Part shown: positions 8,719 through 17,485 of the stretch, piece after piece | Layout of the letters: each line of letters opens with the position of its first letter | How positions within the stretch are numbered: the first letter of the stretch is position 1 | Source of the DNA: Flavobacterium sp. | GTDB lineage: Bacteria; Bacteroidota; Bacteroidia; Flavobacteriales; Flavobacteriaceae | Direction: 5' to 3' | DNA: 35,765 nt | NCBI GenBank assembly: GCA_027483785.1 | Contig: JAIXTU010000187.1 | Location: 1 to 35,765 of the forward strand | Notes under the pieces: model-generated | What the model was told of the DNA's origin: nothing | The model's database searches: none | What the model saw: the letters and a program-made list of their open reading frames with translations, nothing else | Translations under genes and position numbers: made by a program

Positions 8719-9329
8719 TATTGAATAATTAAGTCTTGTATAAAATCACTCTCGCACTGAAGTGAGAAGGGACGAATCCACGGCTGTTTGCCTTGAACTT
8801 CTGGGAAGTCTACCGAAGTAATAACCACACGGCACGACTCATCCAAGAATATTTCAGGGTAAGCTCCGTGCAGCGAGACAGGATCAGTAGTTTCATGCAG
8901 TAGTTTCAAAGCTGTAATTTCAGCTTCCGGAACCAGGCGCATTTTATTTATAAGAAAGCCACGAATTGAGAACTTGTAGTTATCGGTATTGAATTGTTCA
9001 ATGACAACTCCTTTTCGTTCTGAAACGGCTGTTCTAATAATTTGCTTGCTTAGATTTACCGCTACCGTGCACGCTTGAATTTCAATAACCAATTGATTGG
9101 ACTTCCAAAACTCAACCGGAAACCAAATCGGATAACCGAATGAATCGAGCTTGTTGAAAGCGATTCCTTTTTGCGAGTAATCGAAACTACCGCGCGGCCG
9201 ATCGGCGGGGTCAAGCTCGTAGATGATTGCCGGTGTTTGCGTCTTAATGTCTGCCGCATTGGGCAAAACATAGCTGTTACCTTTAAAGTAGGTTTTATAC
9301 AGTTCTACAAGATCAAGGCTAGTTATCAT
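8718..9329 (-). CDS. Tail tube initiator-like protein (DUF6046-like)
   Basis: KQIIRTAVSERKGVVIE motif; directly follows the tape measure gene. Confidence 0.6.
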   Translation of the reverse strand: MITSLDLVELYKTYFKGNSYVLPNAADIKTQTPAIIYELDPADRPRGSFDYSQKGIAFNKLDSFGYPIWFPVEFWKSNQLVIEIQACTVAVNLSKQIIRTAVSERKGVVIEQFNTDNYKFSIRGFLINKMRLVPEAEITALKLLHETTDPVSLHGAYPEIFLDESCRVVITSVDFPEVQGKQPWIRPFSLQCESDFIQDLIIQ

Positions 9330-11041
9330 ACGTTCGCTGTTTTTGCTCCTTCAAATACAACTCTTGCCAAACACTCCAGTACCAACTTCTCTAATTCCTC
9401 GATAGACTCTTTGCTGTCCATCGTGGTAAACTGTATCGTGTCGAAAAATTTACCGATAGAGATATTTATAGTTTTAGGACCGCCACCAGTTATGGTAGAA
9501 CCTGTCGAAGCGCTCGACTCTTGGTTTTTAAGCATAGTCGCCGCGCCTTGCGGTGCTTTCGGTTCTTGCTTGAGTGCAGCAGCTGCACCAACTACTTTTT
9601 GTGTCGCGGTCACTTTTACTTCGCCGCCACCCTTAAGCCATTTATAGAAGTTATCAATGGCTTTTAAAACGGGTTTAATTACATTCTCCCAAAACCATAA
9701 AACCTTATCGAGCACCCAGCCGATGATTTTCGATATCTTATCGAACCACCAGCCGATGAGTCGAAAAACATCCTTCAGAATTTCCGAATTTTTAACGAAG
9801 TCAATTATGGAACTAACCATCTTATACAAAAACGATCCTACGCGTTTAAAGTGCGCGAAAATGATTCCGGCATAAGTTTTAGCAATCTCCAAATAATCAC
9901 TCCAGCCTCCAGTTCCTGTGCCTATTTCTCGGATGTTGCTAACGAGGCCGGTGATCCATGCACCTATGCTTTCAATGTAAGGTTTAGCTTTCTCAAGTAG
10001 AGGTGTTATTTTGTTACTCATCTCCACTGCTAAATCCAAAAGTGGATCAGTAATAGGCGCAAAAGCGTCGCCGATGTCGGCAAAGGCGTTAGAAAAATTA
10101 TCCTTAACAGTTGAAAATCGGCCAGCACGCGTTTGGCTTTGAGCCGCCATGGCTCCTTCGTAAATGCCTCCTTTAGAAGCTGCGAGTTCCATTGCCATTG
10201 CAAGCTGCTGGTAAGAAACATCCATTTCTTTAACCTGCTCAATATTCTTGCCTGTGGCTCTTGCCAGCATTTCGTAAATATTAATTCCGGCAATACCAAA
10301 CTGCCGGATATCCATCGCGGTAGCTTTGCCAACGGTTTTAATTTGCTGCATGTTCGCGGCCATTCGCGATAGCACGTCGTTACCTCCACCAACTGCTGCC
10401 ACCGCATTGGCTAAGTTTAAAGTATCGCGTCTTGCATCTGCAGCATTTAGTCCGGCACTGATCAGCGACCGGTTGACTTCTAAAAGTGAGGCCGTATCAA
10501 ATGGCGTTGCTGCTGCGTCTTGACGAATGTTATTGTAAGCCGCTGTAGCTCCTTCTTTACCCAAAAAAGTAGTTAAGCCTGTAATGGCCTGTTCTTTTTC
10601 GGCACTTCTTTGCGCGATTTCTTTAAAGAAGCTAATAACGGCGCTCCCTGCCATAGCAATACCTTGCTGAGCGATATCGCCTAGCATGCTTCCGGCTGCG
10701 ATATCCATAATGCCAATACCACCCGATGAGGCCATTGGCGTAGACGATCGGCGGTTTAAATTACCAATATGTCGATCTGATTGTCGTTGCAGGCGTTCGA
10801 GTTCTTGACGCGCTTGGGCAATTTGCTCGGGAATGTTGCTGGTGCGAATGGTGCGCTCGGTCTGAGCTATTCGGTGGCGAAGTTGATCGTAGGATAAATC
10901 AAGGGTTTTTGTAACAGCCTTGTGCTGATCGACGTGAGCCGACATTTTGGTAAACGAGCTTTGCGAAGTGGCTGCCAGCTTAGCCACTCCGCTACTCATC
11001 AAGTCTCGCATCCTGATAACAAACTCGATTGCGTTGCTCAT
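9326..11041 (-). CDS. Tail tape measure protein
   Basis: AAATPF tape-measure motif, Ala-rich helices, W/F-periodic repeats. Likely start ATG 11041 (MSNAIEF). Confidence 0.88.
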   Translation of the reverse strand: MSNAIEFVIRMRDLMSSGVAKLAATSQSSFTKMSAHVDQHKAVTKTLDLSYDQLRHRIAQTERTIRTSNIPEQIAQARQELERLQRQSDRHIGNLNRRSSTPMASSGGIGIMDIAAGSMLGDIAQQGIAMAGSAVISFFKEIAQRSAEKEQAITGLTTFLGKEGATAAYNNIRQDAAATPFDTASLLEVNRSLISAGLNAADARRDTLNLANAVAAVGGGNDVLSRMAANMQQIKTVGKATAMDIRQFGIAGINIYEMLARATGKNIEQVKEMDVSYQQLAMAMELAASKGGIYEGAMAAQSQTRAGRFSTVKDNFSNAFADIGDAFAPITDPLLDLAVEMSNKITPLLEKAKPYIESIGAWITGLVSNIREIGTGTGGWSDYLEIAKTYAGIIFAHFKRVGSFLYKMVSSIIDFVKNSEILKDVFRLIGWWFDKISKIIGWVLDKVLWFWENVIKPVLKAIDNFYKWLKGGGEVKVTATQKVVGAAAALKQEPKAPQGAATMLKNQESSASTGSTITGGGPKTINISIGKFFDTIQFTTMDSKESIEELEKLVLECLARVVFEGAKTANV

Positions 11042-11221
11042 TACTTTAGTCCTTTTTCCCAGAGTTGTAGTGCAATACCAGTGCGGTAGAAAAACAACTC
11101 CCATCCCCACTGTTCTAATGCGCTTGCGCCAAAGCGCATTGCTCCAAAAACAATTAAATATTCGAGTCCGGCTCTCTGCGTCTCCGCATCACGAAAGCCC
11201 TGTTCTTTATATGCGAAAAAA
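11041..11221 (-). CDS. Frameshift-accessed C-terminal extension of the tail assembly chaperone (T segment)
   Basis: Frame open from the T6 run (11216-11221) to a TAA overlapping the tape measure ATG; FAYKEQGFRD...LWEKGLK. Confidence 0.65.
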
Positions 11222-11623
11222 TTCTGCTTTGCGATCCTCCAGAATCGCGTTTACTTGCAAAAAGACAGCATTGAAATTATCGTCGTTTTCGATAAGCTCG
11301 AAATCGCCCGAAATCCATAACTTTTCCACAATCATGGCCACAGCTTTATCCATCCCATTGGTTCCAATGGCCATTAGATAGTCGCCAATATCTTGCGGCA
11401 TTGGTGGGCGCAGCGCAGCAAATTTGTCACGAACGGCTAAAGCGATGATTTCACGATCGCCGTACTCTTTTTTCCACTTATCAATTTGCTCTTGGCCAAA
11501 GTGCTGTATCCAAGCTTCTTTTGTTTCTTGAGTAGCTGTCTCTTTGGTTTCGACCTTTTTCACTTCTTTGCGCTTAGCAAATGCTTCGCTGATTGTAGAT
11601 GCAGGTTTGTTTTTATTGCTCAT
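11207..11623 (-). CDS. Tail assembly chaperone (G)
   Basis: Lies between tube and tape measure; IDKWKKEYG motif; ends in a slippery GAATTTTTTC. Confidence 0.75.
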   Translation of the reverse strand: MSNKNKPASTISEAFAKRKEVKKVETKETATQETKEAWIQHFGQEQIDKWKKEYGDREIIALAVRDKFAALRPPMPQDIGDYLMAIGTNGMDKAVAMIVEKLWISGDFELIENDDNFNAVFLQVNAILEDRKAEFFRI

Positions 11624-11634
11624 GATTAAAAAAT

Positions 11635-12075
11635 TTAAAAACTAATGTTCATTGCTAGAAAGGGTAGGGTGATTTCTCGATGTTTAGCGTTTTGATCGAG
11701 CGTTACACCATTTTCAGTAAATGCAACTCCGGTTGCGACATACGTCGAGATAGGGTCTGTAAGTCGTTTACGGAAGGAACAGACGATAACAATAAGCTCG
11801 TGCGGTACTTCGGTAATATCACCGTATCCAGCAGCGGCAGCGATACGATTCATCGCGTCGGCCTCAAAGCCTAAAACTTTTATATTTCCAGACGGCGTTT
11901 TATTACCACTCTGAATGTCGAGCGGTTGGTCTCCAGCTCCAAAAATGTGCTCCTTTTCTACTGCTTTTTTGAATTCAAACCCTCGCAATCCTTTAACGGT
12001 GCGACCTAAAATTTTTAACTCAAAATTTGCCCAGGCACATTCGGCGCTGGTAATATTTACATTGTTGGCTGACAT
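11635..12075 (-). CDS. Tail tube protein
   Basis: 146 aa following the sheath; KEHIFGAGDQP motif. Confidence 0.8.
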   Translation of the reverse strand: MSANNVNITSAECAWANFELKILGRTVKGLRGFEFKKAVEKEHIFGAGDQPLDIQSGNKTPSGNIKVLGFEADAMNRIAAAAGYGDITEVPHELIVIVCSFRKRLTDPISTYVATGVAFTENGVTLDQNAKHREITLPFLAMNISF

Positions 12076-12078
12076 GAC

Positions 12079-13233
12079 TTACAGCGTTTTGGTTAAACCT
12101 AAATCGAAAATGATGTAGCTCGTGTAGCCCAAAGGCTGCACAGCTCCCTGTATATTAATCTTAGACGTCGAGATTACGTCTTGATTGGTGTTGATAGAAA
12201 CTGCGAATCCGGACACCTGTTCGCTCATAGAGCTTTGCAGCTGCTGTAGGCACACATTTTCCAAATATTTCGCATCGGTAGCATTGATGGAACCATCCGG
12301 ATTAATCCGAATGTCGGTTTCTAAAAACGGCGTAGTTGCAGCGGTGAGGATTCGTTGCGCTTTGTCGATGATTCGACCATGCACTAAAATAGAGTAGTCA
12401 TCGGTTGACGCCATTTTATCTACTGAGTAGTAGTATCCGGCAGCTCCCTCACGTTTATGCGCAATGATATAACCAGCGTTAGTGAACGCATCAAGCTCTT
12501 CTGGGTAGAAGTCCTCAATAGCCTTGTCGCCAATAAAAGCCTGCGTAATAGCAAGCGGGCCATTTTGTCCGTTGCCGATTTTTACGTGAGCAGCAAATTT
12601 ACACGCGCGGGCCAGCGCAGAACCGATACCAGCAGAACCGTCTGACACATCATTTCCTAATACAACACCGGCATAGCCGTTACTTGCTGTTTTAGGTTGG
12701 AAAATAGTGTCATCTTCTAAGTTAGCAACGCGGCCTTCAATCAAAAACCGAACAGGTCTATTAATTGACTGTTGATACTCTGCCAGCACTCTTGAAGTGG
12801 TAAGTGCATTGACAACATCAACGTCGAGAAAGTCGTTACCCGGATTGTAAGCCTGTGAAGGCTTGCGGGCTATTCCTATTAAATTGATTGCGCCAGCACC
12901 AGAAAGAAGCAACTTTCGGGCGCCGTTCAAATTGGTATTGGTACACATTTGCGCCATGGTCATGGTGTCCTCGACGCCAAGTATAGCCAGTTCAAAACTG
13001 CCGCCAATTTCATTATAAAACTGCTCGATGATACCATATAAAAACGGTTCATCCTCGAGTGTGTAACCTTTCTCCACAGCGTCTGCTAAAGAGAAAACTC
13101 TTTCGAATTCGCCAATCTTTGTAGCCGACGTAGCAACAATTCCTGGAACGCCGTCAAGAACTAAGATTTGACGTTGCAGGTTGTTCTTTTGCACGTTTAC
13201 GCTAACTTTTGGCGTTCCAGAATCTTGTGCCAT
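12079..13233 (-). CDS. Tail sheath protein (DUF2586-like)
   Basis: DDYSILVHGRIIDKAQR and VQPLGY sheath C-terminal motifs. Confidence 0.82.
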   Translation of the reverse strand: MAQDSGTPKVSVNVQKNNLQRQILVLDGVPGIVATSATKIGEFERVFSLADAVEKGYTLEDEPFLYGIIEQFYNEIGGSFELAILGVEDTMTMAQMCTNTNLNGARKLLLSGAGAINLIGIARKPSQAYNPGNDFLDVDVVNALTTSRVLAEYQQSINRPVRFLIEGRVANLEDDTIFQPKTASNGYAGVVLGNDVSDGSAGIGSALARACKFAAHVKIGNGQNGPLAITQAFIGDKAIEDFYPEELDAFTNAGYIIAHKREGAAGYYYSVDKMASTDDYSILVHGRIIDKAQRILTAATTPFLETDIRINPDGSINATDAKYLENVCLQQLQSSMSEQVSGFAVSINTNQDVISTSKINIQGAVQPLGYTSYIIFDLGLTKTL

Positions 13234-13249
13234 TGTAATTGATTAAAAG

Positions 13250-13600
13250 TTACTCTTGATTTTTGATAAGATACTCTTTCGCTGCTGCTAAAGCCTCGAA
13301 GTGACTCTCTTTAGTTTTGCTTTCTAACTTGATCTTTAACAGCTTAACGAGCTCTTTTGCTTCATCATAGCTAGTTACTTCAGGGTTGAACGCTAAAAGC
13401 TTTTGCTCGGGCGTTTGCTCTTCATTTGAGGTAGAACCATGATTGCGTGTAAAACTTGCAACTTTTGAATCCTTCAAATTCGCAGCAAATGATTCTGCGT
13501 TAGATTTTTGGTGGAATACACGTAGGTCAGATGTTACGTGGCATTCGTTTGACTGTGGATGGCGATCGAAATAATCTTGCGCTAATTCTTCTTTTGTCAT
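13250..13600 (-). CDS. Hypothetical virion-associated protein
   Basis: Likely start ATG 13600 (MTKEEL); HVTSD motif; late operon. Confidence 0.6.
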   Translation of the reverse strand: MTKEELAQDYFDRHPQSNECHVTSDLRVFHQKSNAESFAANLKDSKVASFTRNHGSTSNEEQTPEQKLLAFNPEVTSYDEAKELVKLLKIKLESKTKESHFEALAAAKEYLIKNQE

Positions 13601-13620
13601 GACGTATAGTTGATTAAAAA

Positions 13621-14124
13621 TTACTTTTTGAATAGATATGCGGCAGCAACAAGAAGTACAAGAAGCCAAAGTGCATATCCGGATGTTTGGATAAACTTCT
13701 CCCAGGTAGACTTACTGCGCTCGGTTAGAATTGGAATAGTCTTTTCGGTGGTTTTGATCAGCTTACTTTCCAGCTCTTTAATTTGAGCTTTTAACTCTTG
13801 TTTTTCAGACTCACAATCAACCGATAGCACGTTATCATTCAATTGAACTTGGGGTGCTTTCACTCGCTCACCGCTTTTACTTCTGGGTTTCTGCAGTACC
13901 GGCTTACCGTTTTTACAATCGACGTACGCTCTGTACCAGCTACTGTCGCTTTCAATAATTAGTAAGGTGTCGCGGTAGGTAATTGTAGTACTACTAGAAT
14001 CCTTAGTGACAATACTTGGGGGTAACTCTTTGTAACCATTGCTGGCGCTTCTACACGCCAGCAAAGCCACAAAACACAAACAAAACAAACCAATTATTAA
14101 GAATCTCTTTTTGATATTTTTCAT
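13621..14124 (-). CDS. Putative unimolecular spanin (lipoprotein with C-terminal TM helix)
   Basis: Basic N-terminus, hydrophobic core, LLAC lipobox, C-terminal TM; follows the endolysin. Confidence 0.65.
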   Translation of the reverse strand: MKNIKKRFLIIGLFCLCFVALLACRSASNGYKELPPSIVTKDSSSTTITYRDTLLIIESDSSWYRAYVDCKNGKPVLQKPRSKSGERVKAPQVQLNDNVLSVDCESEKQELKAQIKELESKLIKTTEKTIPILTERSKSTWEKFIQTSGYALWLLVLLVAAAYLFKK

Positions 14125-14525
14125 GATGTTATAGTTAACTCGAAACCATTAGGCGCGAGTGTTAGTAATCGTTTAAGTGCTGAGCGGCTTGACAAAACGT
14201 CAAGTTGACCGTCAGCGTTGATATCGGCAAACTCGAGACCAGGTAAAATGCATCCCAAAATTTGCGAGGTAAAATTGCCCGTATGAATCAGGATAAAATC
14301 CCGGCCCGGAACATTTGTTACATGATAGTGTAATCCGTACTTTTTGCTGCGGCGAGGCACTACTTGATAAGTGCCTTCCGGAATACAGGAAACCCGTCTT
14401 TTGTTATTTCGAAAAGGCAGCTCCAGCGTTTTCAAAGACAACACCGTACGTGCATCTGCTCTTTGCAATGTGAACTCGCCTCTTGTTTGATGCGGGCTGT
14501 ATGTTCTATTAATTGTAGCTTTCAT
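14121..14525 (-). CDS. Putative endolysin (DUF5675-like)
   Basis: TLELP...SCIPEGTY...VPGRDFILIHTGN...GCILPG motif. Confidence 0.78.
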   Translation of the reverse strand: MKATINRTYSPHQTRGEFTLQRADARTVLSLKTLELPFRNNKRRVSCIPEGTYQVVPRRSKKYGLHYHVTNVPGRDFILIHTGNFTSQILGCILPGLEFADINADGQLDVLSSRSALKRLLTLAPNGFELTITS

Positions 14526-14547
14526 AGATGTTGTGAGAGCTTATGAT

Positions 14548-14883
14548 TTATTTTAACTGTTTGAATTTTTCCAAACGCTCAATCAGGTGCTGGTTAGTTT
14601 GCATCAGCTCGTGTACCTGATCCGTTTGTTCTTTGTTTGCTTTGGTTAAAATCGCATTCTGTCTCTCGAGTTCTGCGATTATGCCTTCCAGTTGATTTAT
14701 CGTTTTTGTTGCCTGCTCTAAACGTGCAGCGAAATCATTGATTAGGCGCTGGTAATATGTAAGTGTCGAATCGGCTAACGACAACTCCTTTTTCAAGACA
14801 TCCGCCCGGTGAGCACGACGCGAGATCAGGTAGGTTACAATCGACGAAACAACGGTGGTAACAAAAGCGATTAGAATTTCCAT
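14548..14883 (-). CDS. Holin-like protein (N-terminal TM plus coiled coil)
   Basis: Single N-terminal TM segment; precedes the endolysin. Confidence 0.55.
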   Translation of the reverse strand: MEILIAFVTTVVSSIVTYLISRRAHRADVLKKELSLADSTLTYYQRLINDFAARLEQATKTINQLEGIIAELERQNAILTKANKEQTDQVHELMQTNQHLIERLEKFKQLK

Positions 14884-14891
14884 TCTTAATT

Positions 14892-14918
14892 AAAAAAAGA
14901 GCCGCCGAAACGGCTCTT
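14892..14918 (-). terminator. Rho-independent terminator after the capsid gene
   Basis: AAGAGCCG-tttcgg-CGGCTCTT followed by a T-run on the minus strand. Confidence 0.8.
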
Positions 14919-14940
14919 ATTTACTGATTCTTTTAAAAAA

Positions 14941-15903
14941 TTAAGCGGTTGCAGCTTGCACGATCAGCGCTAAACCTTTCCAGTCTTCACGACGACAACG
15001 GCCGCCCATTTTCACAAGCCCAGAGTGAATGTCTCCATAATACAATGGGTTATCCATGTCTTGGAAAATTTTCGTTTCTCCAAGTGCTTTGGCCACACTG
15101 TCTTTGTGCCATACAATGCTTGCCAGGTTATCGGTAGCAGCCAAAGCCTCCCCTGGAACGCGGATGGTTCCGTTAGCAGCAATCGCTAAAACCGTTGAGC
15201 GGTCTAGGATTGTGAAAGTTGACCACTTGCCCACGATGCCGTTTGCTAAATCAGCAGTTTGCTGAAAGGCCGCCATTTGATTGTCGGTCAAAGAGTCGAT
15301 GAATTCTTTTAGCGCGTAAGACTCAAGCATTGCGTAACGGTTGTTTTTCGGAACCCCGTCTTTATTGAACTGCGCCATAGCCACATCAAGCTCACGGTAA
15401 GTGAAGGCTTTACGCTGACCTGTTTGGCCATCGATAGGATTAACAGCTACAGCCGCGCCTGTTGTAGGAATTCTGCGCGCGTTCGGAATAAACTCAACGG
15501 TTGTGCTGCCGCCGTTAGCTGGCTTAACACCACGTGCCCAGTTGTAGATCATCTCATCACCAATAACCTCTGCAAGTGTGTTGGTGTGATCGCCGAGCAC
15601 TGAGTCTGTCTTTTCGTAAGATAACTCTGCCTGTTCAGCATAAGTGATCGCCGTTGGATCGGTGGTATACACATCAAGTGCGTACATAATCGCCGTGTCG
15701 CCACGTTGAACAGCCGCCGCTGCTCCAAAACCACGGTTTTTAACCACATTGGGTTTTGCTCCAGCCTGTGGAATGTACACCACAGCACCGCCTTTGACGT
15801 ATTTCGATTCGTCAAAACACAAAGCAAGGTGCGGGTTCTCGCGACGAAGTTTCTCGACGATGTAGGAGGCCCAGAACTCTTGCGGAATTTTTGGATTTGC
15901 CAT
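14941..15903 (-). CDS. Major capsid protein
   Basis: 320 aa after the protease; VYIPQAGAKPNV and DNPLYYGDIHS motifs. Confidence 0.85.
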   Translation of the reverse strand: MANPKIPQEFWASYIVEKLRRENPHLALCFDESKYVKGGAVVYIPQAGAKPNVVKNRGFGAAAAVQRGDTAIMYALDVYTTDPTAITYAEQAELSYEKTDSVLGDHTNTLAEVIGDEMIYNWARGVKPANGGSTTVEFIPNARRIPTTGAAVAVNPIDGQTGQRKAFTYRELDVAMAQFNKDGVPKNNRYAMLESYALKEFIDSLTDNQMAAFQQTADLANGIVGKWSTFTILDRSTVLAIAANGTIRVPGEALAATDNLASIVWHKDSVAKALGETKIFQDMDNPLYYGDIHSGLVKMGGRCRREDWKGLALIVQAATA

Positions 15904-15908
15904 ATTAA

Positions 15909-16883
15909 TTAAGAATTTGATTCAGGAAATTTTGTTTTACGAAGTTGTTCGTACAAGTCCGGATACTGCGTACGCACACGTTCCAAGTGACCTTGTTGGT
16001 ATAGGGTATCCCAGTCTTTACCTTGCAGGTCCGCAAGGTCTGCCGCGTCTGGCGTTTCACCGGAAATCAGCGTTTGTGCCGGCATCGTTGAAATTAAATC
16101 CGCAAGGCCGTCAGGATTGTGCGCATAATCTTTAGCTAGTTTTTCAGCCAAGGCAACAGTTAGCTTTTTGTCGGTTTTACCTTTGTCGATCAAGTCTTGG
16201 ACTCGGGTTCGAGTGGTTTCTGCTTTCAAGTCTTGCAACTCTGTTGAAACGGTGTTTAAAGACTCTTGTAATTCGTCAGCTTTCGCGGCACGATCGGCTA
16301 AATCTTGAACCGCTTGATTAAATTCGTCTTGCGATGCACTATCGCTAAGGTTAAGAGCCGCCAGAACGGTTGCGGCTAGCAATACACTTTTACTCATATC
16401 CGATGTTTTAGGTTTTACAAAGTCTGCTAGATCAAGGTCTGCTCCATCACTGTCGTATAAATTGGCAAGTGCCCCGTGATTCCCAGGTATGTCAACGAGC
16501 GAAATTTCGCGCGGATACCACTTGACCAGCGTGGGACCTTTTTGCCCTGGAAGCATCAGTTCCGGCGCATTCGAGGCTTCGAGCACTACAATTTTGCCGC
16601 ATGACGCAGCATTCAAAAAGCCGCTTTCAATCTCAGCGATGGTGCGCTCGGCGTCGGGATGCTTTAAATTAATTACGGGCTTGGCGTATATCTTATCGCC
16701 ATCCACACGAAAGTCCTCCCAGCGAACAACTACGCCGTTATCTCGATTGTGCATTTTAAAACCGATCGGATTCTTTTCAAACTGATCAACCATGCAGCCA
16801 GAAGTGAGACAGCGGTAGCCGTACACATTCACTGACTCATCGGTCCAGCAGTATTCGCGATCGATTTTTTTGAAGTTTTCCAT
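15909..16883 (-). CDS. Prohead protease/scaffold (Mu gpI/Z-like)
   Basis: DESVNVYGYR, NPIGFKMH, EISLVDIPGN, coiled-coil C-terminus. Likely start ATG 16883; possible internal scaffold start at 16397. Confidence 0.8.
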   Translation of the reverse strand: MENFKKIDREYCWTDESVNVYGYRCLTSGCMVDQFEKNPIGFKMHNRDNGVVVRWEDFRVDGDKIYAKPVINLKHPDAERTIAEIESGFLNAASCGKIVVLEASNAPELMLPGQKGPTLVKWYPREISLVDIPGNHGALANLYDSDGADLDLADFVKPKTSDMSKSVLLAATVLAALNLSDSASQDEFNQAVQDLADRAAKADELQESLNTVSTELQDLKAETTRTRVQDLIDKGKTDKKLTVALAEKLAKDYAHNPDGLADLISTMPAQTLISGETPDAADLADLQGKDWDTLYQQGHLERVRTQYPDLYEQLRKTKFPESNS

Positions 16884-17040
16884 TGAACTCGCAGTTCTTA
16901 TTCTGTTAGAGATAGCAAACATCTACACTTTCTTAACGCCTTGAAAATAAGTGCGCAAGCCTTGCTTGACTTTTTTTAACAGCCGCGTTTTCGCCGCATT
17001 TTTGTCAATAAAGAAGCTGGAACAGCTTCTTTAGAAACGT

Positions 17041-17484
17041 ATGGGATTATCAAAAAAAGAAGAGCGCGAGTACGCGAAAATGCTATTTGTAAACGATCGG
17101 CTTACTGTTGAACAAGTAGCCGAGCGCGTGGGCGTGTCTGCACGCTCGATCGGGCGTTGGAAAACCGAGGATAACTGGGAACACTTACGTAAAAGTTTGC
17201 TCATCACCAAAGAGAAGCAACTCACGCACTGGTACAATCAGCTCGATGCAATGAATGAAGCTATTGCCAAGCGCGAACCAGCCGTTCCTGAGAGCAAAGA
17301 AGCCGACACGATGTCCAAGATATCGGCAAACATCAAACGCTTAGAGGTAGAAACGGGACTAGGCGAATACGTTGAAGTTGGGCGAAAAGTCCTTCAATTT
17401 ATACAAGAGGTGGATTTAAGTCACGCCAAACTATTCAAAGATTACTTCGATGAGTTCATTTCTTCAAAACTAAAAGGAAAGTAA
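17041..17484 (+). CDS. Terminase small subunit (HTH)
   Basis: QVAERVGVSARSIGRWKTEDNW HTH; precedes TerL. Confidence 0.75.
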   Translation: MGLSKKEEREYAKMLFVNDRLTVEQVAERVGVSARSIGRWKTEDNWEHLRKSLLITKEKQLTHWYNQLDAMNEAIAKREPAVPESKEADTMSKISANIKRLEVETGLGEYVEVGRKVLQFIQEVDLSHAKLFKDYFDEFISSKLKGK

Positions 17485-17485
17485 C

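Noticed and set aside
10947-11381. Opposite-strand and nested ORFs in the track (e.g. 10947-11381, 22123-22716, 9171-9647, 995-1273)
   Set aside because: They shadow well-supported genes, have no recognisable motifs and often use non-ATG starts.
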